Positions 51,173-60,301 of a stretch of DNA of 64,000 nt are shown here, one piece after another (positions within the stretch are counted from its first letter, which is position 1; each line of letters begins with the position of its first letter). A program made the position numbers and the translations under genes. Source of the stretch: an uncultured Bacilli bacterium (lineage in GTDB: Bacteria > Bacillota_I > Bacilli_A > RF39 > UBA660); contig CAJTYF010000003.1 in the NCBI GenBank assembly GCA_910583945.1, positions 3,466-67,465 on the forward strand. Direction: 5' to 3'. The notes under the pieces were generated by a model. That model searched no databases. It was not told where the DNA came from and was given only the letters and a program-made list of their open reading frames with translations.

Positions 51173-52567
51173 CTATATATTTTTACGTTTTCTTTTATTT
51201 AATGCTCGCCCTATTAAGAATCCTATTAAAAAAATTAGAAGTGCCCCTAAAGAGAAAACTATTTTTTTGGAAATCTCTTTTTTTAGTAGGGGTATCGTTA
51301 TGGTTTCTTTTTTTTCAGATGTTTTTAACTCCTCTTTTTTAGAATTTTCTTCTTCTACTGTTGTTGAGGAAGTATTATTTTTATTTTCTTCTTTATTATT
51401 TGGAGTGTTTTTATTTGGCGTATCGCTTATTGATGTATTTGTATCTTTTTTTTCATTGGAACTCTCGTTTTTATCGTTGTTATTTTTATTATCCTTATCC
51501 GTTTTAGAAGGTGTTTCGGGTTTTACAGTGGTAGGTTTTGATGGATCTTTTACTGGTTCACTTGGCGTTGGAAGCGGATTTGGCCTAACGGTGTCTTCAT
51601 TTATTAGATAAAAAGTATATACTCTTTTAAGTGAATTTTGAAGGGTAATGGTTAATTTACAACTGTCCGCATAGGCATTACAATTATCAGAAGTGTGCGA
51701 AACTTTTCCTCCATCGGTTAAAAAGGTAAAATAAATTTTTTCGGCTCCCTTATTGACCTTAATGTTGTATTCATAAGTGTTTTGATTAAACGCTTTTTCA
51801 AGTGTTCCATTGTGCACTTGAAAATTTGTGATGTTGGTATCATAAGGAAATGCCTCGTTGGATCCTGGAGCACGATAAACATAGACAATGTATTTTTTGG
51901 TTGTTTTTCTTTCGGATTCGACAATGATTTCGCAAGTATTGAAGCCATAATTTAAAGCACAAGTGTTTCCTTTTATAACTTTTGCTTTTTTGTGATTCGG
52001 TATTGCGTTAAATTTTACGCTGGATACTTCTTTTTTGACGGATAAATGATAGGTTTCTTTTTCTTTTTCAAAAGAAGGCGTTAAGCTTCCAGTTGAAGGC
52101 GTTAAGGATTTTAAAGTCGCGTCATTGCTTAAGCCACACGTGTTATCGTAAGTGGTCTTTGTGACAATACGTCCTGTTTCTCCAAAGTATAAATTATTTT
52201 CATTCACGCATTTATGCACACCAAACTTCAAGTTATCAACAGAGTAATTTCCACTTTCTGTAATACTAATTTCGATAGTAGCAACTTTATAAGTCCCGCT
52301 AACGATTCCATCACGATAAAAATAGAAATTATTACTTGTGTTATTTTTGTTTTTCCATCCAGAATCCATTGTAATGCTATTGATTCTTCCGTTGGGTAAA
52401 ATCAATTTCCCATTGATATAATTTAAATCCATATTTTCTATTTTTACATCAATTGTATAAACATTATTTGATATTTTTACTGGATTTTCAAATTTAATTT
52501 CTCCAGCTTTTACCATTATGGGCAATATCCATAAAAGTGTCATTAAAATTAAAACCTTTCTTTTCAT
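51173..52567 (-). CDS. Cell-surface protein: signal peptide, cadherin-like beta-sandwich domain, Pro/Thr/Lys/Asn-rich stalk and a C-terminal TM anchor
   Basis: MKRKVLILMTLLWILPIMVKA is the signal peptide. LKSLTPSTGSLTPSFEKEKETYHLSV matches a cadherin-like beta-sandwich. The low-complexity PTPSEPVKDPSKPTT...NKNN is the stalk. The terminal hydrophobic helix is followed by RALNKRKRKNI. Confidence 0.6.
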   Translation of the reverse strand: MKRKVLILMTLLWILPIMVKAGEIKFENPVKISNNVYTIDVKIENMDLNYINGKLILPNGRINSITMDSGWKNKNNTSNNFYFYRDGIVSGTYKVATIEISITESGNYSVDNLKFGVHKCVNENNLYFGETGRIVTKTTYDNTCGLSNDATLKSLTPSTGSLTPSFEKEKETYHLSVKKEVSSVKFNAIPNHKKAKVIKGNTCALNYGFNTCEIIVESERKTTKKYIVYVYRAPGSNEAFPYDTNITNFQVHNGTLEKAFNQNTYEYNIKVNKGAEKIYFTFLTDGGKVSHTSDNCNAYADSCKLTITLQNSLKRVYTFYLINEDTVRPNPLPTPSEPVKDPSKPTTVKPETPSKTDKDNKNNNDKNESSNEKKDTNTSISDTPNKNTPNNKEENKNNTSSTTVEEENSKKEELKTSEKKETITIPLLKKEISKKIVFSLGALLIFLIGFLIGRALNKRKRKNI

Positions 52568-52579
52568 TTAAAACCCTCC

Positions 52580-54085
52580 TTATTTAATAATTAAGCTTTC
52601 TGTATCTTTCATTTCTTTCGGCTTAGCAATGTCCATATACTCAAGTATAGTAGGTGCAATGTTGGTTAAGTCTCCTTCATTTTTGAGTTTGATGTTATTG
52701 TCAACGATGATAAATGGCACTTTTTCAAGTGTATGGGTCGTTACGGGATTGTTTTTTTCGTCGAGCATGGTATCAATGTTTCCATGATCTGCTGTGATAA
52801 TCACCTTATAAAAATTATTTTCTGCTTCTTCTAAAAGCTTCCCTAAACAGATGTCTACGGTCATAACCGCTTTTACAGCGGCATCATAATTTCCTGTGTG
52901 GCCTACCATATCTGGATTGGCAAAATTCACTAAAATAAAATCAAGGTCTTTTTCCATACAAGCCACTGTTTTTTTGGTGACTTCTACTGCACTCATTTTA
53001 GGATCCAGATCGTATGTTTTTATTTTTAATGATGGAACTAATATTTTTGTACAGTTTTCAATATTACCATTATATTCTCCATCAAAGAAATAAGTGACAT
53101 GTGCGTATTTTTCCGTTTCAGCAATTCTCGCTTGAGTTAATCCTAGTTGTGACAAGTAGATGCCTAAAGGATTGTCAACTTTATAATCTTCTAAAAACGA
53201 AAAGGTTTTAATCTTTTTGTCTATTGGTACAAAAGTAAATACATCTAAATCTTTATAGATATGTATTGGATATTCGGAGTAATTTTTACTTGTTAAAGCT
53301 TCTAATATTTGTTTAGCACGGTCGGTACGATAATTCATCCAGATGACAATATCTTTTTCTTTAATGGTTCCTTCCTCATCGATTAGGATAGGGGGTAAAA
53401 ATTCATCCGTAATGTTTTTTTCATAAAATTTTGATAAGGTTTCTTTTATATCTTTTGATTCAAGCCCTCTCCCTTTTGTTATTAAATCATAATAAATTTG
53501 AGTACGCTCGTATTTTTTATCTCTATCCATCGCGTAATAACGACCACAAATGGTGGCGATGCTTCCAATGTTTTTGGATTTTATTTTCGTACCTATTTCT
53601 TTAATGTATTTGTAAGCCTCTGTTGTTTTAGTGTCTCTTCCATCGGTTATGATATGAAAATAAATTTCTGTTATGCCGTCTTTTACTAAATGATCGTATA
53701 GTTTCAAAAAGTGCTTTATATCAGAATGAACTAAACCATCACTACATAAACCCATGATATGAATGACACTCTTTTTTTCTTTTGCTTTTTTTATTAAGTC
53801 TAAATATAATTGATTTTCTGTGATTCCATCTTCTAAAAATTCATTCATTCGGTCAATGGTTTGTGGAAGTTTTCTTCCAGCTCCTATCGTTTTATGACCG
53901 ACTTCACTGTTTCCAAATTGGCCTTTTAAAAGACCTATTGGTTCTTCTGAGGCAGCTAAAAGCGCATGAGGGTATTTGTTCCAAGTTTCTATAAAATTTT
54001 GAGGATTGGCATCAATAATGGCATTCCCATGCTTTTCAGCACGCATTCCAAAACCATCTAAAATAATTGTTAATATTTTTTTCAT
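52580..54085 (-). CDS. gpmI: 2,3-bisphosphoglycerate-independent phosphoglycerate mutase
   Basis: 501 aa; MKKILTIILDGFGMR.., metalloenzyme iPGM. Confidence 0.9.
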   Translation of the reverse strand: MKKILTIILDGFGMRAEKHGNAIIDANPQNFIETWNKYPHALLAASEEPIGLLKGQFGNSEVGHKTIGAGRKLPQTIDRMNEFLEDGITENQLYLDLIKKAKEKKSVIHIMGLCSDGLVHSDIKHFLKLYDHLVKDGITEIYFHIITDGRDTKTTEAYKYIKEIGTKIKSKNIGSIATICGRYYAMDRDKKYERTQIYYDLITKGRGLESKDIKETLSKFYEKNITDEFLPPILIDEEGTIKEKDIVIWMNYRTDRAKQILEALTSKNYSEYPIHIYKDLDVFTFVPIDKKIKTFSFLEDYKVDNPLGIYLSQLGLTQARIAETEKYAHVTYFFDGEYNGNIENCTKILVPSLKIKTYDLDPKMSAVEVTKKTVACMEKDLDFILVNFANPDMVGHTGNYDAAVKAVMTVDICLGKLLEEAENNFYKVIITADHGNIDTMLDEKNNPVTTHTLEKVPFIIVDNNIKLKNEGDLTNIAPTILEYMDIAKPKEMKDTESLIIK

Positions 54086-54133
54086 ATTCTCACCGTTTAT
54101 TTTATTATACGCTTAAGCTTAATAAAACACAAA

Positions 54134-54787
54134 TTATTGCTTTTTTGTACGTTCTAATCTTTCTATTTTAGAATATTTCTCTTCTAATATTTCCATACAA
54201 TAGTCTACATATTCTAAAGATTGCTCTTTGCTTCTCCAAGTGACATATCCATTATAAGTTCCAAATATATTTTGGTAATCGAAATGGGATTCATCATAAT
54301 TATAAAGTTGAAAAAATGATTTTATAAGATAGGCGGCTGCTTCCGCATTTTTATACGGATTATATTGAATGTCTTCTGTTGTAAAACCAAGCACTTGGTT
54401 TATGAGTTTATGATTTGTAATATTAATTTGAAAAAGTCCATAATCGTTTGTAGGTGATATGACTCCATTCGTGGCCCATGTTCCATCTGATTCAACGTGA
54501 CCTATTGTAAATAAAATATCATGAGAGAAACCATATTTTTCACTAATATCAAACATGAATTGTTGAAACGTTTCATCATAGATAGGAATATCATAGTACT
54601 CTTGTTTAGGTTCATAGGTTAAATAATTGATTTCATATTTAGGAAGATTTCCATTAATTTTTTCAATTTTGCTTGATTCAGTATGTACTTCTAATGCATT
54701 CCAATAATTTAATTTTATTAAAAAAATAGCACTTAGACTTGCATACAAAGTTAATCTTGTTTTTGTTATATTTCTTTTGGCTTTCAT
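54134..54787 (-). CDS. Membrane-anchored lytic transglycosylase (SLT domain)
   Basis: N-terminal TM. GHVESDGTWATNGVISPTNDYGLFQIN holds the family-1 SLT catalytic Glu and the GLxQ motif. Confidence 0.7.
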   Translation of the reverse strand: MKAKRNITKTRLTLYASLSAIFLIKLNYWNALEVHTESSKIEKINGNLPKYEINYLTYEPKQEYYDIPIYDETFQQFMFDISEKYGFSHDILFTIGHVESDGTWATNGVISPTNDYGLFQINITNHKLINQVLGFTTEDIQYNPYKNAEAAAYLIKSFFQLYNYDESHFDYQNIFGTYNGYVTWRSKEQSLEYVDYCMEILEEKYSKIERLERTKKQ

Positions 54788-54879
54788 GGTTTCACTTCCT
54801 AATCTTTCATTATTTAATAGACCGACGTTCTAAATGGTACTATAATTTAGTTTTTTTGTCAAATTATACATATAAGATA

Positions 54880-54906
54880 AAACTGCTTTTCAAAAATGAA
54901 AGCAGT
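54880..54906 (-). terminator. Hairpin terminator immediately 3' of surface-protein copy 3
   Basis: AACTGCTTT-(9 nt)-AAAGCAGTT; T-rich downstream on the minus strand. Confidence 0.45.
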
Positions 54907-54911
54907 TCATC

Positions 54912-56066
54912 TTAACCGATTAAGAATCTTGGACGTACACCTACTCCTTGACTATAAGACGCAGCAACATATTCTCCATCTGAAATACCTGTAGCATTAA
55001 CATATGCAAACCTTGTTGAACTCACTACATTTTTTAACCAGTAGTGAAAATTGATTTTTCTATAATTATTAATAAATTCCGGTTTTAGTTGAAAAAGAGC
55101 ATACTGGCGATTATCAATTCCTGTATCGTATAAACTCGACGAACTAACATTTCCACCGTAAACATTCATTTCACTCATCAAATCAACTTTTCTTAAATAC
55201 CATTCCCATCTATCAGATGCCCCTTGAAAAACACCGCCACTTTGATTGATTGCGTTAGGGTTTATTTTAGTTGATAATAAATTCCTATATTCAAAAATAT
55301 GACTCCCAAATGTCTTTCCTATTATTCCATCTGACGAAACTAAGTTTGATAAGGTCTCTGTAACCATTTTACTTCCAGCATATCCACCTTCGGTTGTGTC
55401 CGTATCATTCATGGACGCGTTTATTAAGGGTTCCGCTGGTATTAGCGTTGCATGATGTTTTGTTAATTGCGTATCTCCTGTATACAAATAATTATCAATG
55501 TCTGCGATTAACCATGTCACATCATTTGCTATGATATAATCACCGACATAAAGGTCTTCAAAACTTCCATTACTGATTCTAATATATAAACTTCCATCTG
55601 TATAATAAGGAGTTATATCTTTTCCTCGATAAGTATTTCTATGTAACGCTTTTCCAGCTTCTATATATTTGTTGTATTCTTCTTCACTTAATCCACTTGT
55701 AAACTCGACGTTGCATTTTGATTCACTGCTGACATTGTTTAATACTAAGTTCCAATTGTTATAATCCCATTCCCCAAATGTTCCATTTGTACAATGCACA
55801 TTCGTTTTATATAACCCTCTTTCTGGAATACTTTCACTTTTTTTATCATCTACGACAACACTTAATAATTTAATATCGTAACCAAAATCGGGGATTCTTC
55901 TTTTTAATACATTAAAACTTTTCTTTTCTTCATAAAAGGAATATGTTTTATACAACGTGATACTTCCTATTATTAACAAGATTCCTACGATAAAATAAAT
56001 GATTTTTTTATTCTTTTTGTTTCTGGTAAACCTTTCTAGTTGGTTATTAGTTTCTAATAACCCCAT
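54912..56066 (-). CDS. Surface-protein family copy 3, initiating at ATG2 (MGLLETNN..); ATG1 is out of frame because of the 4-G tract
   Basis: A full-length 384-aa paralogue. The upstream ATG1 at 56088 opens a 14-codon uORF (MKKIKFKNGVIRN*) that overlaps the start. Confidence 0.7.
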   Translation of the reverse strand: MGLLETNNQLERFTRNKKNKKIIYFIVGILLIIGSITLYKTYSFYEEKKSFNVLKRRIPDFGYDIKLLSVVVDDKKSESIPERGLYKTNVHCTNGTFGEWDYNNWNLVLNNVSSESKCNVEFTSGLSEEEYNKYIEAGKALHRNTYRGKDITPYYTDGSLYIRISNGSFEDLYVGDYIIANDVTWLIADIDNYLYTGDTQLTKHHATLIPAEPLINASMNDTDTTEGGYAGSKMVTETLSNLVSSDGIIGKTFGSHIFEYRNLLSTKINPNAINQSGGVFQGASDRWEWYLRKVDLMSEMNVYGGNVSSSSLYDTGIDNRQYALFQLKPEFINNYRKINFHYWLKNVVSSTRFAYVNATGISDGEYVAASYSQGVGVRPRFLIG

Positions 56067-56200
56067 TCTTAAATTTAATCTTTTTCATTTTCTTTTTTCC
56101 TTCCTTATTAAATTTATTTCATAACCAAACAAAGTTCTTTACCTTATTTGTAATTCAATTATAATCAATTTATTCTATTTAAACAAGAAAAAAAAATAAG
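56000..56200 (-). repeat. Conserved leader cassette copy C
   Basis: About 190 bp, near-identical to 11800-11998. Confidence 0.8.
56158..56186 (-). promoter_or_regulatory. Promoter of copy 3 (TTGTTT-17-TATAAT)
   Basis: Conserved with the other copies; exact 17-bp spacing. Confidence 0.5.
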
Positions 56201-56213
56201 TTCTTACACTTAT

Positions 56214-56987
56214 TTAAACTCTTGTTACTTTTTTATTTAAACGTAAACTATCAGCAATGGTTGCAATAAACTCACTATTGGTAGGTTTACTTCTGTCATA
56301 ATCAACACTATGACCAAAGATTTCTTCCATTACCTCGTAATCGCCTCTTGCCCAACTTACTTCAATAGCATGCCTGATTGCCCTTTCAACACGACTTGCT
56401 GTTGTATCAAAACGACTAGCAATTTCTGGATAAATACATTTGGTAATACCACCTATAATATCGGGATTTTGATACATCATGTAAATACTTTCTCTTACAT
56501 ATTGATAACCTCTAATATGAGATGGAATTCCTAAAGAATGTAATAGTTTACTAATGGTTAATTCAATCTTATTATCTCTTTCTTCTACTAAACTCTCATC
56601 GTTATCTGATGGTGCAACAATAGCTAAAATTCTTTTTTCTAAATTTTCTAAGTTCACTGGTTTTATCATAAAGTAATCCACATCAAATTGGTTTACCATT
56701 TTAATTGTTGCTTCTTTTTTGTAGCTTGTTAAAATAATTACTTTCTTTTTGATGTCATTCTTTTCCATTTCTTCTAAGATGTTAATTCCGTCAATTTCTG
56801 GCATAATAATATCCATAATAATCAAATCAAATGTCTCGTGATTATTCAAAACATATTCTAAGCCTTCCTTACCATCATTAATTGTTTTTATTATATTTAT
56901 AACTGCGTGACTACTAAAATACTCCTTTATCTTACTACAGTTTGATGTACTATCATCAATCATAAGAACATTAATATTTTTTTTCAT
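56214..56987 (-). CDS. spo0A: Sporulation master response regulator Spo0A
   Basis: Receiver domain (IDDS...IIMDIIMP). The Spo0A-specific C-domain reads HIRGYQYVRESIYMMYQNPDIIGGITKCIYPEIASRFDTTASRVERAIRHAIEVSWARG...KPTNSEFIATIADSLRL. Confidence 0.9.
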   Translation of the reverse strand: MKKNINVLMIDDSTSNCSKIKEYFSSHAVINIIKTINDGKEGLEYVLNNHETFDLIIMDIIMPEIDGINILEEMEKNDIKKKVIILTSYKKEATIKMVNQFDVDYFMIKPVNLENLEKRILAIVAPSDNDESLVEERDNKIELTISKLLHSLGIPSHIRGYQYVRESIYMMYQNPDIIGGITKCIYPEIASRFDTTASRVERAIRHAIEVSWARGDYEVMEEIFGHSVDYDRSKPTNSEFIATIADSLRLNKKVTRV

Positions 56988-57112
56988 TATTTTCTCCTTC
57001 TTTTAAATTAATTATTTTTACTGCACGCAAATTAATTATAAAAAAATATAAATAAAAATACTAGAGAATCTTTTGTATCGTTATGTCAATTTCCGTAAAA
57101 TTGTGTCGATTT

Positions 57113-57796
57113 TTAAATGGTTTCAATGATTTTTTCAATATTCTTTGGATTATTTGCACTATTGCCGAGTAAAAAACCATCAATCTTGTCAATTTTTGCT
57201 AAATCAACTATGTTTAGTGGATTTACGCTCCCTCCATAAACGATTTCTATTTCAATGGCATAATTTTCTAAAATAAAGTTTTTTATCTGACTTACAATAT
57301 TTTCTATTTTTGTAGAGCTTAATGGTTGACTGCTATTTATAGCATAACTTGGTTCATAAGCTAAAATAATATTTTGTTGTTCTTTCCAATTTAGTTGATC
57401 AAATATTTCTATTAAATCGTTTTTTAAAAGAGGAATGGCGTCTTGATTTTCAGATTTTTCTCCAAAACATAGAACCACTTTTATTTTCTCATTAGTAGCG
57501 TTTTGAATTTTTTTTATGATATTTTTATGTTTTTCATGTGTTTCAGTATGATTGATTAAAGTATAGGAAACTTTTAAGCTTTTTAATTGAGATGCTAAAA
57601 TTTCTCCCGTATGACTTCCTTCTTTATATTTTGATAGATTCTGGCTTCCTAGTAAAAACTTTGCATCATAAAAAAGAGAAAGATAAACAAATGAGGGGAA
57701 GAGAATAAATTCACAATTAGAGAAGTTCAATTTGTTTAATTGCTTTTTATATTCTAACATTTCTTTTAAAGATTTGTTTGATTTTAAATTACACAT
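57113..57796 (-). CDS. tpiA: Triosephosphate isomerase (divergent)
   Basis: It keeps the catalytic AYEP, His (HTETHEK) and YGGSV motifs. The start MCNLKSN at 57796 overlaps the pgk stop (ATGTGTAA). Confidence 0.75.
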   Translation of the reverse strand: MCNLKSNKSLKEMLEYKKQLNKLNFSNCEFILFPSFVYLSLFYDAKFLLGSQNLSKYKEGSHTGEILASQLKSLKVSYTLINHTETHEKHKNIIKKIQNATNEKIKVVLCFGEKSENQDAIPLLKNDLIEIFDQLNWKEQQNIILAYEPSYAINSSQPLSSTKIENIVSQIKNFILENYAIEIEIVYGGSVNPLNIVDLAKIDKIDGFLLGNSANNPKNIEKIIETI

Positions 57797-59000
57797 CAAG
57801 TATTTCAACGTTACTTTCCTCCATAATACAATCAATTCCTACCAAGTGTCCTTCTATTAAATATTCTAAAGTCGCTCCTCCCCCACAAGAAAGATATGTT
57901 AAGTCATCAGAAAATCCAAAATGATTGACTGCACTAACTGAGTCTCCTCCTCCTACAACGACTACAGCACTACAGTCTTTTAACATGGTTAAGAGTTCTT
58001 TGGTTCCATTTGAAAATCTAGAATCTTCATATAATCCCATGGTTCCGTTTAAAAAAATAGTTTTGCTTTCTTTTATCGCTAAGCGATATTTTGCAAGGGT
58101 GTGAACGCCGATGTCTAAAATAATTTCATTATCATCTATTTCGTTTATTTTTCGATATCTTGTGTAGTTTTTATCATAGGTGGATCCTACAACGGCATCT
58201 AAAGGTAACATTAATTTTTCACGATGGTTTAATAAGATTTGTTTTAATTTTTCTAGGATTTCTTTATCTTTTGTTGCAAGTGAGGCTCCTATATTAAAAT
58301 TTAGTGCTTTTAGAAAACTGTTGGCAAGGCCTCCAGCTAATAATAAATGATCGCATTTTGGAAGAAGTGTTTCAATAAGGGGAAGTTTATCTTCTATTTT
58401 AGCCCCTCCCATTATAAGGGTAAAAGGATGTTCAGGATTTTTTAAGAATTTGTCTAAAGCTGCAAGTTCTCTTTCTACAGAAAACCCAATTCCACTTGAG
58501 AGGTATTTTGTAATTCCAACGGTTGAAGCGTGGGCACGATGAGAAGAGGAAAAGGCGTCATTGATAAAGATATCTCCTAAAGAAGCTAAAAAAGAAGAGA
58601 CTTGTGCATCACATGAGCTTTCTAGTTTATTTGGGACATCTAAAAAACGTGTGTTTTCTAGTAATAAGATTTCACCTTCTTTTAGTATTTTTACTCTTTC
58701 TTGAACTGAAGGACTCATTATTTCATGACTAAAATAAACCTCATGATTTAATAATTCTTTTAATCTTTTTGCTACAGGTTCTAAAGAATTTCTGTATTTA
58801 TCTTCCTCTGTTTTTACTTTTCCTAAATGACTCAATAAAATAATTTTACAATTGTTTTTGATTAGAAAACGAATGGTTTCTAGACTGGCCACAATTTTAG
58901 TATCATCCAAGATATAACCATTATTTATCGGAACATTATAATCTACTCTTACAATTACTCTTTTGTTTTTAACATACATTTTTTCAATTCTTTGTTTCAT
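57789..59000 (-). CDS. pgk: Phosphoglycerate kinase
   Basis: 403 aa with canonical PGK motifs. Confidence 0.95.
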   Translation of the reverse strand: MKQRIEKMYVKNKRVIVRVDYNVPINNGYILDDTKIVASLETIRFLIKNNCKIILLSHLGKVKTEEDKYRNSLEPVAKRLKELLNHEVYFSHEIMSPSVQERVKILKEGEILLLENTRFLDVPNKLESSCDAQVSSFLASLGDIFINDAFSSSHRAHASTVGITKYLSSGIGFSVERELAALDKFLKNPEHPFTLIMGGAKIEDKLPLIETLLPKCDHLLLAGGLANSFLKALNFNIGASLATKDKEILEKLKQILLNHREKLMLPLDAVVGSTYDKNYTRYRKINEIDDNEIILDIGVHTLAKYRLAIKESKTIFLNGTMGLYEDSRFSNGTKELLTMLKDCSAVVVVGGGDSVSAVNHFGFSDDLTYLSCGGGATLEYLIEGHLVGIDCIMEESNVEILDV

Positions 59001-59288
59001 TGTTTCACCCTTTCATTCTAAAAATTCTTATCTAAAAGTTTTTTGAAAATCAACTATAAAAATTTGCTTTTTTTCCTATTCATCAACAAGTTTACCAACA
59101 TAATTATAAGCTTCCGCCCAATTTCCAAAAATTTTTAATCTTCTTCTAATTCATTTTCCTTCGATATACATATCTTCTAATTTTTTATAAAAATTCCATT
59201 TGCTATACTTCTTTTGATATTCTTCTGAATCCATTTTTGTTCACCTAAAATTATTATACACTAAAATAGTTTTAAATTAAAAAAATGT

Positions 59289-60296
59289 TTATTTTTCAAA
59301 CATTTTCTTGGCGGTTCTTAGCATTTGACAAGTATACCCAAGTTCATTGTCATACCAAGAGGCTACTTTAACTAACTGGTGTCCATTGACTTCTAATACA
59401 TTTGTAATTGAGGCATCGACTAGAGAGCCACATTTTTTACCAATAATATCACTGGATACAATTGGGTCAAAGGTTACTTTTAAGGTTTCATTTTGATGAC
59501 TCATTAAAACTTCATTTATTTGTTCTTTGGTTACGTTTGTTTTTAATTCGATACTTAAATCACATAGAGAACCGTCACTTACAGGGACACGGTAAGCAAG
59601 ACCATCGACTTTTCCAGCCAAATCTGGAATAACAAGTCCTATGGCTTTTGTAACGCCACTACTTGTTGGGATAATGTTCATCGCACAGGCTCTTCCTCTT
59701 CGTTCTTTGATACCTTTTTTGTGAGGAATATCAAGTGTTGCCTGATCGTTTGTATAAGCGTGAATGGTTGACATTAGACATTTTTCAATACCAAAATTAT
59801 CATTTAATACTTTTAAGACAGGGGCAAGACAGTTGGTCGTACAAGAGGCTCCAGAAATAATTTGATCATTTGGTGTTAAAAGGTCATCGTTCACGTTATA
59901 GACAATGGTTTTAATGTTGTCTTTGGCGGGAGCTGAGATTAATACTTTTTTGGCTCCAGCTTTAATGTGTTTATTTGCCCCTTCAAAGTTAGTAAATAGT
60001 CCTGTGCATTCTAAAACTAAATCGACCTCTAAGTCTTTCCAAGGTAAATTTTCGGGATCTTTTTCTTTATAGACTTTAATTCTTTTGCGATCGTTAATGA
60101 TGAGTTCATCTTGATCATTTTTAATCATTTCTTCATGAAAAGAACGGTGATTGGTATCGTATTTCAAAAGATAAGCAAGTTCTTCAGGATCAGTTAAATC
60201 ATTGATGGCAACAATATCAAAATCGGTACTAACAATCATTTCTCTAAAAGCCATTCTTCCTATTCTTCCAAACCCATTTATGGCTACTTTTATCAT
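59289..60296 (-). CDS. gap: Glyceraldehyde-3-phosphate dehydrogenase
   Basis: MIKVAINGFGRIGR.. with the catalytic SCTTNC. Confidence 0.95.
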   Translation of the reverse strand: MIKVAINGFGRIGRMAFREMIVSTDFDIVAINDLTDPEELAYLLKYDTNHRSFHEEMIKNDQDELIINDRKRIKVYKEKDPENLPWKDLEVDLVLECTGLFTNFEGANKHIKAGAKKVLISAPAKDNIKTIVYNVNDDLLTPNDQIISGASCTTNCLAPVLKVLNDNFGIEKCLMSTIHAYTNDQATLDIPHKKGIKERRGRACAMNIIPTSSGVTKAIGLVIPDLAGKVDGLAYRVPVSDGSLCDLSIELKTNVTKEQINEVLMSHQNETLKVTFDPIVSSDIIGKKCGSLVDASITNVLEVNGHQLVKVASWYDNELGYTCQMLRTAKKMFEK

Positions 60297-60301
60297 AATT
60301 T

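Noticed and set aside
59076..59234. 53-codon minus-strand ORF in the 288-bp gap-pgk intergenic region (MDSEEYQKKYSKWNFYKKLEDMYIEGK-TGA-IRRRLKIFGNWAEAYNYVGKLVDE) with an in-frame TGA.
   Set aside because: TGA is clearly a stop in this genome (Trp is TGG in the ribosomal genes). There is no recognisable family. It is probably a gene remnant or chance ORF in an AT-rich spacer.
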